Positions 1 to 8,841 of a DNA stretch of 64,000 nucleotides are shown here, piece by piece (positions within the stretch are counted from its first letter, which is position 1; each line of letters opens with the position of its first letter). This DNA is from a virus (lineage: Duplodnaviria > Heunggongvirae > Uroviricota > Caudoviricetes). Below the pieces are notes generated by a model that saw only the letters and a program-made list of their open reading frames with translations, did not search any database and had not been told where the DNA came from. The position numbers were made by a program, and so were the translations under genes. Where the stretch lies: the IMG/VR virus record IMGVR_UViG_3300045988_134250. One strand, 5' to 3'.

Positions 1-6
1 CTGTCG

Positions 7-198
7 GTGATTAACCCGGAATCGCTGGTGATCAAACAGGGCTTTGCTGAACCGTCGCTGAAAGATGCGGTTGCGGGTAAAGCATTCCAGTTTGAGCGTG
101 AAGGTTACTTCTGCCTCGATAGCCGCCATTCTACGGCGGAAAAACCGGTATTTAACCGCACCGTTGGGCTGCGTGATACCTGGGCGAAGTTAGGTTAA
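7..198 (+). CDS. glnS: 3' terminal fragment of a glutaminyl-tRNA synthetase-like gene (5' end outside window)
   Basis: 63-aa in-frame tail ...[32 protein letters not shown] matches, from memory, the C-terminal region of enterobacterial GlnS; TAA at 196-198 followed by hairpin terminator. Confidence 0.5.
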   Translation: MINPESLVIKQGFAEPSLKDAVAGKAFQFEREGYFCLDSRHSTAEKPVFNRTVGLRDTWAKLG

Positions 199-220
199 TA
201 GGTATTTCGCCACATAAAAA

Positions 221-249
221 AGTAAACGCCGCTACTGCGGCGTTTTTTA
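221..249. terminator. Bidirectional rho-independent terminator between convergent glnS fragment and methyltransferase gene
   Basis: Stem aacgccgc(225-232)/gcggcgtt(237-244), loop tact, A-run upstream and T-run 243-248 downstream. Confidence 0.6.
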
Positions 250-2607
250 CTTCATTATTGCAATTATATCGTTAGCAACTACACGTGTTGACGCCTTGCA
301 GGAAACCGACCGTCTGGCTGCCATATGATGTACTTTAAACCCGTTTCCTTCATATAGTTCACGGATGTTTGGCGCACCACTATTTGTTATCACTACCTTA
401 GCGCCGCGCTGGTGGGCTTCCACCAATAGAGATACCAGCCGTTTCTGTTCGTCGAAACGGAAGCTATTTCCTGAATAACTGGTAAACCCTTCTGTATCCG
501 GCAGCGGTTCATACGGCGGATCGCAAAAAATCACATCGCCTTCACCAGCCGCCTCGATGACGCCAGCAAAGTCACCTGATACAAAGGACGTGTTTTTGAG
601 TACGTCATCAGCCAAAAATGCCTCCATCTCTGCATGTGGGAAGTAGGGCGCTTTGTATTTGCCATACCCCACGTTGAACTCGCCATTTTGGTTGTACCGC
701 GTTACGCCATTAAAACAGTGCCGATTAAGGTACAAAAAGGCGGCAGCATGATGTAGCTGGTCATACTTTCCTCTGTTAAATGCCTCACGCACTTCGAGGT
801 AAGCGTCAGCGTTGTTGTAATTTTGGAAAAAACTATATGACAGCGTGACGAGCGAATGTCCTTCTCGCTGCAATGTCTGATAGAAGTTAATCAGGTCACC
901 GTTAATATCATTAAGCAGGTTGTGGCGAAATCCTGCATTCGTAAATACAGAACCGCCACCAACGAACGGTTCTATTAACCGCTTGCCGTGTGGTAGATGC
1001 TCAAGCACTGTAGGCAACTCTGAGAATTTACCGCCTACCCATTTGAAGATCGGACGCTCATATTCATCCGGAGTCCGGAGTTTTCTTGTGTAGGTAATGG
1101 TATTTATTGTTTTTGGCTGTTTAGCTTCCACAGTCGCAAGAATGCGACACCCAATCCATTGCATAACAGGAACTGCCATGCTGTTGCCAATCGCTTTGTA
1201 ACGCGGCCCGTCAGCAGCGAGCATCGCGGCTTCTTCTTCGCTTAAATCTGGATAGTGATTGCGAAGGTATGCCAGTTCATCTGAGGAAATTGTTTTACGC
1301 TTTTCCGTAGGGATCAACGTATGCCCATCAGGAAAACCTTGCAGCCTTTCACATTCGACAGGGGTAAGACGGCGGACAGCTACTTCTGCGTTTCTTACTT
1401 CATAGCAAACGGCTGTTGGATTTTGAGCCATTAGAGATGGTGAAGTATTCTTAGTTGCAGCATGTTGTGTACCGCTCATACGCTCAGGAAAAGCTAATGT
1501 AACAAGATGCTCATGGCTTTCTTGCTCACGTGCCCGCAATGTACCATGCCCTTCTGACCAAAAACCTGCTCCTGTGCTGCTAAAAACGGTAAGGTCAGTG
1601 GCATCTTTAAAATCTCTTGCCTTTACTGTCGATGCGGTTTCATCGTCAATATATTCCCCAAATGCTGCCATCCTGAAAGCGTTTACGGCTTTCGTCGATT
1701 TCATACCGGGTGGAATGTCAGCGTGTAGGCATGGATTTAGGCTTTCGCCACTGATTGCAGCGCCATTTGCAATAATGGCGGAAGCGATTTCCTTCTTTTT
1801 TCGGCTCGGCGCAATATCCCGGCGCACGCCTTCGAACTCAAAAAGTATCGTTGCGGGATCGAGGTCTGTTCGAGCACTTGCGACAACAAACACGCGTCGG
1901 CGTCGTTGTGCCACTCCGAAGTATTGGGCATCAAGGATTCTCCAGGCCACTTTTCGCTGCGGTCCATAAATACAACCACACTGCGGCCACTTTGGAGCAT
2001 GGCAACTGGTTTTGACATCCCACCGCCAGAACGCGTTACTTTTTCGTGATTCAGGTCGAGCACCTGGTTCGAATGGCGCATCTTCTCCAGCCAATCCGGC
2101 AAGGAAACATCCGAAGGCGTTATCTGCCGATGACAAGACTCCTGGGACATTTTCCCAGACGATAACGGCTGGTTTGAGAAATGACTCAGCCCGTTTGTCG
2201 TCAATTGCATTTGCAAGCTCCACATACTTTAAAGTTAGCGCGCCACGCTCATCATCAAGCCCACCACGTAATCCAGCGATACTGAATGCCTGACAAGGTG
2301 TTCCCCCGACGAGCACATCAGGGGATTCGATTTCCCCAGCCAGGACTTTTTTGGCAAGTTTTGTCATATCGCCAAGGTTGGCGATATGGGGCCAGCGGTG
2401 CGCAAGAACGGCAGATGGAAAAGGCTCGATTTCAGCAAACCACGCCGGACGCATACCCAACGGTTCCCAGGCAATGCTCGCTGCTTCAATTCCACTGCAA
2501 ACTGAACCATATCTAAGGTTAACGTTCTGCTTCACCGCCAATGGCCTCCACCAGCGCGTTAAACAGTGCAGATAATTCGCCCGTAAAGAGCACGAAATCA
2601 GCATCAA
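247..2607 (-). CDS. dmt: Bifunctional DNA methyltransferase: N-terminal C5-cytosine MTase domain fused to C-terminal Dam-type N6-adenine MTase domain
   Basis: 786-aa ORF; C5-MTase motifs [22 protein letters not shown] (PCQ), [21 protein letters not shown] in N-terminal two thirds; Dam motifs [20 protein letters not shown] in C-terminal third. Track start 2607 is TTG and overlaps the upstream gene; real start probably ATG 2604 or GTG 2535. Confidence 0.8.
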   Translation of the reverse strand: MMLISCSLRANYLHCLTRWWRPLAVKQNVNLRYGSVCSGIEAASIAWEPLGMRPAWFAEIEPFPSAVLAHRWPHIANLGDMTKLAKKVLAGEIESPDVLVGGTPCQAFSIAGLRGGLDDERGALTLKYVELANAIDDKRAESFLKPAVIVWENVPGVLSSADNAFGCFLAGLAGEDAPFEPGARPESRKSNAFWRWDVKTSCHAPKWPQCGCIYGPQRKVAWRILDAQYFGVAQRRRRVFVVASARTDLDPATILFEFEGVRRDIAPSRKKKEIASAIIANGAAISGESLNPCLHADIPPGMKSTKAVNAFRMAAFGEYIDDETASTVKARDFKDATDLTVFSSTGAGFWSEGHGTLRAREQESHEHLVTLAFPERMSGTQHAATKNTSPSLMAQNPTAVCYEVRNAEVAVRRLTPVECERLQGFPDGHTLIPTEKRKTISSDELAYLRNHYPDLSEEEAAMLAADGPRYKAIGNSMAVPVMQWIGCRILATVEAKQPKTINTITYTRKLRTPDEYERPIFKWVGGKFSELPTVLEHLPHGKRLIEPFVGGGSVFTNAGFRHNLLNDINGDLINFYQTLQREGHSLVTLSYSFFQNYNNADAYLEVREAFNRGKYDQLHHAAAFLYLNRHCFNGVTRYNQNGEFNVGYGKYKAPYFPHAEMEAFLADDVLKNTSFVSGDFAGVIEAAGEGDVIFCDPPYEPLPDTEGFTSYSGNSFRFDEQKRLVSLLVEAHQRGAKVVITNSGAPNIRELYEGNGFKVHHMAARRSVSCKASTRVVANDIIAIMK

Positions 2608-3424
2608 ATCGTTGTGCTACATCCTCCCGGTCGATATCGTCGTTCTGGTCATAGAGATCATCACAGAATGTCAGGGCTTTGATACTCATATCATCGTTGA
2701 CTCTGAACGACGCGCGGTCCATCCAGTTAATTGCAACGGTCGTAGCTACTTTCCCCGCCTCAATGTGAGACATAATCTCGTCGGACTGTAGATCAACTTT
2801 GTTGCAGCGAACGGCACCACCATTATCGAGCAGACCCTTTAATGTGGCGTCTTCACCTGCTGTAAATCCGGCAGGGAAGCCGTTTTTAAACCACTCGGTC
2901 ATTGTAATTTCCAGCGGTTCGCGTGGTGTGAATGGAATGACAGGCAGGCTGCCGAGCGATTTTCGCAATAAAGCCAGCTGGTCCTCTGCCTTTTTGGCGC
3001 TGCTTGCCTCAACGAATACCAGATGGTTGCTGCGGTCGATCAGGATTTTGGCGAGTGATTTTCTCGTGAAAGCACGAGGAAGAAGAGAGTGAAGCACTTC
3101 ATCCTTCAGCGAATCTTTTTCGGTCTTCTTCAGCTTTCTGTCTTGCTCTTCTTCAAGTGTCAGGATTTTTTTCTGTAACTCTTCTTTGAGCACTTGAGAA
3201 GGTAGGATTTTTTCCTCTCGTTTATGCTGTATCAGAAGAAAACCCTGGTATTCATGGGTGAGGTTGTCACCAAGAACGGAGGTCCAACCAGCTTTAGCCA
3301 TATCCTGAGAACCGCATGGGGTAAACACAAACTTGCTAAGGGCTGCATTTACTTCTGCAGTATCCCAGCTAACTTCGCGTGAAAGACGATAGATGAAGAT
3401 ATTTTTGAAAGCGACTGATCTCAT
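2519..3424 (-). CDS. rdgC: RdgC-like recombination-associated protein
   Basis: 301 aa, length and N-terminus (...[11 protein letters not shown]...) resemble E. coli RdgC (303 aa, MLWFKNLMVYRL... as recalled); P1 carries an rdgC homolog (hrdC) next to dmt; ATG at 3424 with RBS ggtgag. Confidence 0.7.
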   Translation of the reverse strand: MRSVAFKNIFIYRLSREVSWDTAEVNAALSKFVFTPCGSQDMAKAGWTSVLGDNLTHEYQGFLLIQHKREEKILPSQVLKEELQKKILTLEEEQDRKLKKTEKDSLKDEVLHSLLPRAFTRKSLAKILIDRSNHLVFVEASSAKKAEDQLALLRKSLGSLPVIPFTPREPLEITMTEWFKNGFPAGFTAGEDATLKGLLDNGGAVRCNKVDLQSDEIMSHIEAGKVATTVAINWMDRASFRVNDDMSIKALTFCDDLYDQNDDIDREDVAQRFDADFVLFTGELSALFNALVEAIGGEAER

Positions 3425-3430
3425 GTCTCA

Positions 3431-3475
3431 CCATTTGTGTTAGAAAATACATATTAATTATCTAACACAAATGGG
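3431..3475. promoter_or_regulatory. 45-bp palindrome containing two inverted copies of the TTTTCTAACA motif (candidate double operator) abutting the rdgC-like RBS
   Basis: ccatttgtgttagaaaatac atat taattatctaacacaaatgg; arms are reverse complements with one mismatch. Confidence 0.5.
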
Positions 3476-3483
3476 TGCATTTT

Positions 3484-4137
3484 CTATCCTTTCTTGAAAT
3501 CGAAGTTGCCAGCAGTGGCCTGAAAGGTTCCTCCTGCCTTGAAAGCTATGTCTCCGTTAGCGGTGACAGCAATATTTTCCCCTTTAACATTGATGTTGTT
3601 GGTTGATTTGACGTTAACACTCCCTCCTGCATTCACGATTACATCAGCCGGACCAATGATATATATCTGCCCGGACTCATTCATGCCAATCCTTGAGCCT
3701 GCTGCCGTATTGGCAATTTCATAGCCGCCACCAGCAGTTCGTACTTCAAGAATATTGTTGCGGTGAATAACGAAGTCTTTCGTTGCTGAGATTTGGGGGC
3801 GGGGAGGTGCTCCATCTACTTCCGGCGGCGTCCAGCCGTTGCCTTTGCCAGATGCTTCTGGTGCAACGTTTGGAATTCCTCCCGGTGCATCCTGAGCGGC
3901 ACCAACTATCATTGGGCGTCTGGTGTCTATTCGACCGTTAACATCTAAATAAGGAAACTCTACCCAGACCAGGTCACCTTTGACTGTGGGTACAAAAGCG
4001 TTTCCGATGGGTAACAGGTATTCCGCCCAGGGTAGATCGTCATCAGGAACGCCATTCCAGTCAGGTAAAACACGGACTTGAGCACGCATAAGCCCTGCCG
4101 GGTGCACAGTTCCAACAATTTGCGCTCTACGCTTCAT
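3484..4137 (-). CDS. Hypothetical protein with Gly-rich beta-strand repeats (function unknown)
   Basis: 217-aa ORF, 4-nt overlap with upstream ORF (coupling), same operon as rdgC-like/dmt. Confidence 0.5.
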   Translation of the reverse strand: MKRRAQIVGTVHPAGLMRAQVRVLPDWNGVPDDDLPWAEYLLPIGNAFVPTVKGDLVWVEFPYLDVNGRIDTRRPMIVGAAQDAPGGIPNVAPEASGKGNGWTPPEVDGAPPRPQISATKDFVIHRNNILEVRTAGGGYEIANTAAGSRIGMNESGQIYIIGPADVIVNAGGSVNVKSTNNINVKGENIAVTANGDIAFKAGGTFQATAGNFDFKKG

Positions 4138-5114
4138 TTGTTCGGCACTCCCAATATCATTCGTGTTGTGTAGCCTACGCGGTCTTCAAAGTGCGCAACA
4201 TTTTTTACTATCAGCTTACGGGGCATTGATTCATCAATGCGGTTTTCCTGGTCATAGCGGTATACGATAATCTCTATCACCATCCCCGGTTTTATATCAG
4301 GATTGCCTGCGACTTCTATATCCATTTTGGGGACGAGAGACAGCTGCATATTACGAAGAGTTTCCATATCAGAGTCGGATATATAACGCACTGGGAGTGA
4401 GCTATCGCCATATTCGACGTAGCCATCGGTCATGGAATACCCAACAAAACGATATTGATTCTTTGCTGTTGTCGCATGTTCCTGTTGGAGTAGGCGCATT
4501 TTGGACAAAGTGTATTCTGCTTTAGGGTTATTCCCCTCGTAGGTAAATGATGGCGTTTGCTTCATCAGATCAGCCAGGGTGTAAAAGTTAAATTCCCCCC
4601 GGCATACCCAACATAATGCACCTTTGTCTCGCGCTATCTCCGAAAGCATTTTTGACGGTTTGTCACCGGCATTCAGATGATATGTAACTGCGCGTTTTAG
4701 CACGCTGCTGGTAATTTTAAGCTTGCCGGAATATGCCTTGAATATAGCGTCTGGTGTTTTGTTGGTATGTAAATTTGTGCGCGGGGAGGGGATCTTAAAC
4801 CTGCGCACGTCTTCACTGACAGCAATAACGGTAACAACATCACCAGCCAGCATTGCAGACGTAACAAAGAAATCTGTTTTAAAAGTGCCTGCATTACCGT
4901 TTGGATCGCCCATTTCAGCCACCAGCGATGCACCGTATTTGGCTTTCCAGTCATCAATTACGGTGCCGGTAGCGTCATGAATTTCCAGTTTTAGCAAAGG
5001 GGCTTTGAGGCTGGTTTTTTCTACATATACTGCGGTAAAAATCCAGTCTCGTGGCACTTTGTTATCGTTAATGAGCACTGACTGTAGAAAATATTGTTGT
5101 AACTCCTGGGCCAC
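4134..5114 (-). CDS. Hypothetical protein
   Basis: 326-aa ORF, co-directional and tightly packed with neighbours; no recognisable motif. Confidence 0.5.
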   Translation of the reverse strand: MAQELQQYFLQSVLINDNKVPRDWIFTAVYVEKTSLKAPLLKLEIHDATGTVIDDWKAKYGASLVAEMGDPNGNAGTFKTDFFVTSAMLAGDVVTVIAVSEDVRRFKIPSPRTNLHTNKTPDAIFKAYSGKLKITSSVLKRAVTYHLNAGDKPSKMLSEIARDKGALCWVCRGEFNFYTLADLMKQTPSFTYEGNNPKAEYTLSKMRLLQQEHATTAKNQYRFVGYSMTDGYVEYGDSSLPVRYISDSDMETLRNMQLSLVPKMDIEVAGNPDIKPGMVIEIIVYRYDQENRIDESMPRKLIVKNVAHFEDRVGYTTRMILGVPNK

Positions 5115-5117
5115 TTA

Positions 5118-5885
5118 TCACCCCATAGATATCGAGGTTTCGGTAATAATACGTTTTGCGTCCAACTCCCATGCTGTGATCACGTCTGCAATCACACTTA
5201 TCGGCGCTTGTGTGGCATAAATACGCTCTTCTCCAATTGGTGCTGAAACATCCGTAAAGCCGACTTCTTTGGCATCCTGTATCGAGCAAATCAGCGGGAC
5301 CGGGACACGAACAAGGTGAGTGGTTGCTTCAAATTGTGTACCTGTCATCAGGCGAAGCCGTGCGCCCAGCGAATTACACATCAGACTCATGGTCGCTTTA
5401 TCAGTTGCCATTAACGTAACGTCATACGTCAGAATGGCCTGGGTGTATTCCAGTTCTGCTAAAGGCATTCCGGTATCCGGTTCGCAAAAACTGGCTACTT
5501 TTTTGCGGTCAATCTGCTGATCATCGTTGATATAATTGATATCCATATTGCGTGAGATATTGACCAGGGGGAGAGCATCCCGGTTAATGTTCTGGTTTTC
5601 AGGTTTTCTCCCTTGCCCGGCATTTGCGCGACGAACTGCTTTAAGAAACTCGATCGCATTGTCGAAACGGGCCACATAGACACGCTCTGCTGGTGGACGA
5701 TTCAGGAATGACGCAAAGCGTTTTTCTTCCGGCGCGGGGGCCACCAGTAAGATATCAGAAAAAATGTTGCTGATTAGCGTCGCAAACGCGTTATCCACGT
5801 TTTCAAAGCCCGTGGTCTGGAATTTTCCTGTGCGTGAGGTTTGCCATTCACCTGTTCGCGCCAGGAGGGTTTTATTTGAAGTCAT
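5118..5885 (-). CDS. Hypothetical protein
   Basis: 255-aa ORF, 4-nt gap/overlap spacing in the same operon. Confidence 0.5.
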   Translation of the reverse strand: MTSNKTLLARTGEWQTSRTGKFQTTGFENVDNAFATLISNIFSDILLVAPAPEEKRFASFLNRPPAERVYVARFDNAIEFLKAVRRANAGQGRKPENQNINRDALPLVNISRNMDINYINDDQQIDRKKVASFCEPDTGMPLAELEYTQAILTYDVTLMATDKATMSLMCNSLGARLRLMTGTQFEATTHLVRVPVPLICSIQDAKEVGFTDVSAPIGEERIYATQAPISVIADVITAWELDAKRIITETSISMG

Positions 5886-6685
5886 TCGATCACTCCGTTT
5901 TGAGTCGTATCAAAATTCCTGGCAGGTATGCAGTAGTAAAGCGAACCAACATGCTGTGTGCCGTAGCTAAAAATACGGTGCACGTACCACCAGCGGCGCG
6001 CTACGCCGTTTACCATCTCTTCATTCCATTCAAGAATTGAGCCGACGGGGACGTTATTTGCTGCAATACGCAGAATCAGAACATCATCGGTTAAGCCATC
6101 CTGCTCACCGTCTGCGTCAATCGCATGGAAAGAGTCACGCCCGTCAGGGTTATCCAGCACATAAACGATTTCAGGTTCCTGGTAAGTCAGTTCGCGTTGG
6201 TTGTTATCCAGTTCGGTGAATGACTCTTCTCCTGTTTCGTCGCTGACTACCCCATATGTGCCAACATCTGGTCGATATAAGAGAGCCTGAAACGCGTCTG
6301 GGCTGGATTCAATAATCAGCATCCAGTCTGCGCGGATTTGGTCGTTAAAGGCTTTATGCCCGTTATAGCGTGCTTTTAACTGTGGAGTCGGTTCTCTGCC
6401 AGCCAGGGAAGATGGAAGTATGGCTATATCTGATTCGCCAGCATCCGGAGTAAGGCCACCGTTGCTATCAGCAAAATTATCATGGCTATCAGCTTTGGCG
6501 GCGGGTTGCTCTTCCAGAATGCTGAATGAATCCGAACCGGTATTGCCATGTTCCGGCGCGCCTCCTGCATTCGCTTCAATCGGCGCTGGCGTTTCTCTCT
6601 GCGTGCTGTCATGTTCTGACTCCTTACTTGCCAGGTTTGCATCGTCAGCAAACCATTCGTCAAAACGGCCCATAAGCATCCTCAA
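5882..6685 (-). CDS. Hypothetical acidic protein
   Basis: 267-aa ORF, D/E-rich N-terminal half, first gene of the leftward operon ending at dmt. Confidence 0.5.
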   Translation of the reverse strand: MRMLMGRFDEWFADDANLASKESEHDSTQRETPAPIEANAGGAPEHGNTGSDSFSILEEQPAAKADSHDNFADSNGGLTPDAGESDIAILPSSLAGREPTPQLKARYNGHKAFNDQIRADWMLIIESSPDAFQALLYRPDVGTYGVVSDETGEESFTELDNNQRELTYQEPEIVYVLDNPDGRDSFHAIDADGEQDGLTDDVLILRIAANNVPVGSILEWNEEMVNGVARRWWYVHRIFSYGTQHVGSLYYCIPARNFDTTQNGVIE

Positions 6686-6835
6686 AGGTCGATCTGTCAG
6701 GTATCGAAAGGAAGATTTTCTGGAGATTGTGATTTTGGATGAAGGAGGGGGAATTCATAAAATGCACTTGCGCACAGTGCAACGGTGCGCTATAGTTATG
6801 GCATTCGGTAATCATCACGGAGGATCAAATGACTA

Positions 6836-7138
6836 ATGACCAAAAAAATTAACATAAAGGATTTCAGGGATGCGTGGCTTGATGATTTTTTTGAATTTTC
6901 AACACCACATAGAAAGATACCTCCTGATATTCATATGACATTGTCACGGAAGTTGGACATTATCAATGCCGCAACTACCTGTAAGGATTTAAGATCACCA
7001 CCAGGTAATCGGTATGAGGAACTGTCAGGGAAGCTAAATGGCTATTCATCAGTAAGGGTGAATAAGCAATATAGGTTAATTTTTAGGTGGGTTAACGGAA
7101 AGGCCGAGGACTTGTATCTCGACCCTCACAAATACTAA
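6836..7138 (+). CDS. higB: HigB-type toxin (plasmid maintenance system killer protein family)
   Basis: 100 aa; pattern F.D.WLDDFF...IP......L..L..L..A.....L..P.G.R.E.L.G.L.G..S.RVN..YRLIFRW.....ED..L..H typical of COG3549 killer proteins; RBS ggagga 10 nt upstream of ATG 6836. Confidence 0.7.
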   Translation: MTKKINIKDFRDAWLDDFFEFSTPHRKIPPDIHMTLSRKLDIINAATTCKDLRSPPGNRYEELSGKLNGYSSVRVNKQYRLIFRWVNGKAEDLYLDPHKY

Positions 7139-7208
7139 AACAGATACCCGGTTACGGACCGGGTTCTGACCAGAGTCCACTTAATACGCACGCTAGTAAG
7201 GGCAAAAA

Positions 7209-7547
7209 ATGAAACAGGCAACCAGAAAACCGACGACCGTAGGTGATATCCTGCTGTACGAATACCTGGAGCCGTTAGAGCTGAAGATCAACGAGTTAGC
7301 AGAAATACTTCATGTTCATCGTAACACCGTAAGTGCTCTTGTTAATAATAATCGTAAGCTAACGATGGATATGGCATATCGCCTGGCAAAAGCATTCGAT
7401 ACTTCTGTAGATTTTTGGATTAATCTTCAGACCGCAGTAGACCTGTGGGAAGTCGAAAATGATATGCGCGTTCAGGAAGAGTTAAGTCGTATCAATACTG
7501 CTGAAAAATTTATTTCTCAGCGGAACCTGAATAAAAAAGCAGCCTGA
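7209..7547 (+). CDS. higA: HigA-type antitoxin (XRE-family HTH, VapI-like)
   Basis: 112 aa; TVGDILLYEYLEPLELKINELAEILHVHRNTVSALVNNNRKLTMDMAYRLAKAFDTSVDFWINLQ matches the HigA/VapI HTH pattern; directly downstream of higB. Confidence 0.7.
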   Translation: MKQATRKPTTVGDILLYEYLEPLELKINELAEILHVHRNTVSALVNNNRKLTMDMAYRLAKAFDTSVDFWINLQTAVDLWEVENDMRVQEELSRINTAEKFISQRNLNKKAA

Positions 7548-7567
7548 TATAGTAAAACACATACAAA

Positions 7568-7597
7568 AAGCCCACTTAGCAAGTGGGCTTTCCTTTG
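7568..7597 (+). terminator. Hairpin terminator-like element after higA
   Basis: aagcccactt-agc-aagtgggctt stem-loop followed by tcctttg; ends 7 nt before next ATG (7604). Confidence 0.4.
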
Positions 7598-7603
7598 TAA
7601 TTA

Positions 7604-7963
7604 ATGAACATTAAACCTATCCGTACAGAACAAGATTATGAGGCCGCACTGCGTGCGGTCGAACCGATGTTCGATAACGAACCGGAAATGAATACTCCGG
7701 AAGGTGATTTCTTTGAGGTTATGTGTCTTCTCATTGAGGAGTACGAGAAAAAACATTACCCAATTGAGCCACCATCACCTATTGAGGCCATTAAATTCCG
7801 TATGGAACTGCAAGGACTGACCGTGAAGGATCTGGAACCGGCAATTGGTAAGTCAAACCGTGTTTACGAAGTGCTTAATGGGACACGAAATTTGACGTTA
7901 CCTATGATTCGTCGTTTACATGCCCAGTTTGGTATTCCACTGGAAAGCCTGGTTGGCGTTTGA
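7604..7963 (+). CDS. Second HigA-family antitoxin-like protein (C-terminal HTH), no adjacent cognate toxin
   Basis: 119 aa; C-terminal LTVKDLEPAIGKSNRVYEVLNGTRNLTLPMIRRLHAQFGIPLESL resembles E. coli K-12 HigA C-terminal HTH (...KLTLEHAKKLATRFGI... as recalled). Confidence 0.55.
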   Translation: MNIKPIRTEQDYEAALRAVEPMFDNEPEMNTPEGDFFEVMCLLIEEYEKKHYPIEPPSPIEAIKFRMELQGLTVKDLEPAIGKSNRVYEVLNGTRNLTLPMIRRLHAQFGIPLESLVGV

Positions 7964-7968
7964 GTTTT

Positions 7969-7994
7969 GCGGTCTGGATGACCGCTGTTTTTAT
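7969..7994 (+). terminator. Rho-independent terminator
   Basis: gcggtc-tggat-gaccgc hairpin followed by tgtttttat. Confidence 0.55.
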
Positions 7995-8026
7995 AAAAAA
8001 TAGATACTAGAAATTTGGTAGCATAT

Positions 8027-8806
8027 ATGAGTACAGATTCATCAGTAAAGAAGACATCTGAATCAGATAAAGAAAATGAGTCCGTTGTTGATTCCGTCAA
8101 GAATACAATGGAATATGTTATAAAAGATAAAGTATTTAATAAGCTTTTTGCATATATTTTTATATCTTTTCTGGTTGTTAACTGGAGAGATATATTAATT
8201 TTGTTCAAATCAAAAGAAGATGTTCTATATACTCTGTCAATAGTTTTTACCGGTGAAAAAATACAATTTCTTGATGGCGAGATTTTACCTCCTTGGTTTG
8301 CCCACTTTTTCTTGCCGTTTTTCTATGGTGTGATTGCGTCGATTGTGGCACCAGTAATTACACTTGCGGTATCTTGCATTACAACTAAGGTGTACTATAA
8401 AATAAAAATTTTGGACAATAAAACAGACGAAAACGAGAAAGAGAAATTAGCAAAAAGAGCCAAGAAAAGAGCTGAGCGTGAAATAGAGGCTAGCTATAGC
8501 CAACAAAAGCTGGATGAAAGAAAAAAAGAACTGGAAGACATTTTAAACAAAATAGAAGATGAAAAAGAAAAATATGATAAAATGAAAGAAAGGTTTGATG
8601 ATGCCATAACGCTTACATATAAAAATATTCACATTTTGCCTACTCTGTATGAGAATAGGAAATGTAAAATTGAAACTCCGCAGGATTTATATGATTTTAT
8701 TGCAGCAATAAAGAAAACATCATTCTATAGTACTGATTTTAATGAATTGTTCTCTGATATTTCTCGATTGTATTCTGAAATGCAAACTGATTTATCAGAA
8801 AAGTGA
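8027..8806 (+). CDS. AT-rich membrane protein with two predicted TM helices and a long charged coiled coil (function unknown)
   Basis: ORF-track 8015..8806 (TTG); first ATG at 8027. Hydrophobic stretches LFAYIFISFLVVNW and FFLPFFYGVIASIVAPVITLAVSCI, then KE-rich heptad region; markedly lower GC than flanks. Confidence 0.55.
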   Translation: MSTDSSVKKTSESDKENESVVDSVKNTMEYVIKDKVFNKLFAYIFISFLVVNWRDILILFKSKEDVLYTLSIVFTGEKIQFLDGEILPPWFAHFFLPFFYGVIASIVAPVITLAVSCITTKVYYKIKILDNKTDENEKEKLAKRAKKRAEREIEASYSQQKLDERKKELEDILNKIEDEKEKYDKMKERFDDAITLTYKNIHILPTLYENRKCKIETPQDLYDFIAAIKKTSFYSTDFNELFSDISRLYSEMQTDLSEK

Positions 8807-8841
8807 AAGCCTGGCATAGACCACCAGGCTATATGTGTGGT

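Noticed and set aside
1574-2575. Several 70-160 aa ORFs on both strands inside the methyltransferase gene (1574..1969, 1737..2225, 2012..2293, 2286..2516, 2351..2575)
   Set aside because: They overlap a long ORF with clear MTase motifs in another frame; no RBS or domain evidence; treated as spurious.
3484-4137. Possible tail spike/baseplate protein because of Gly-rich beta-strand repeats
   Set aside because: Gene sits in the dmt-rdgC operon, not among structural genes; the repeats are not specific to tail proteins; left as hypothetical.
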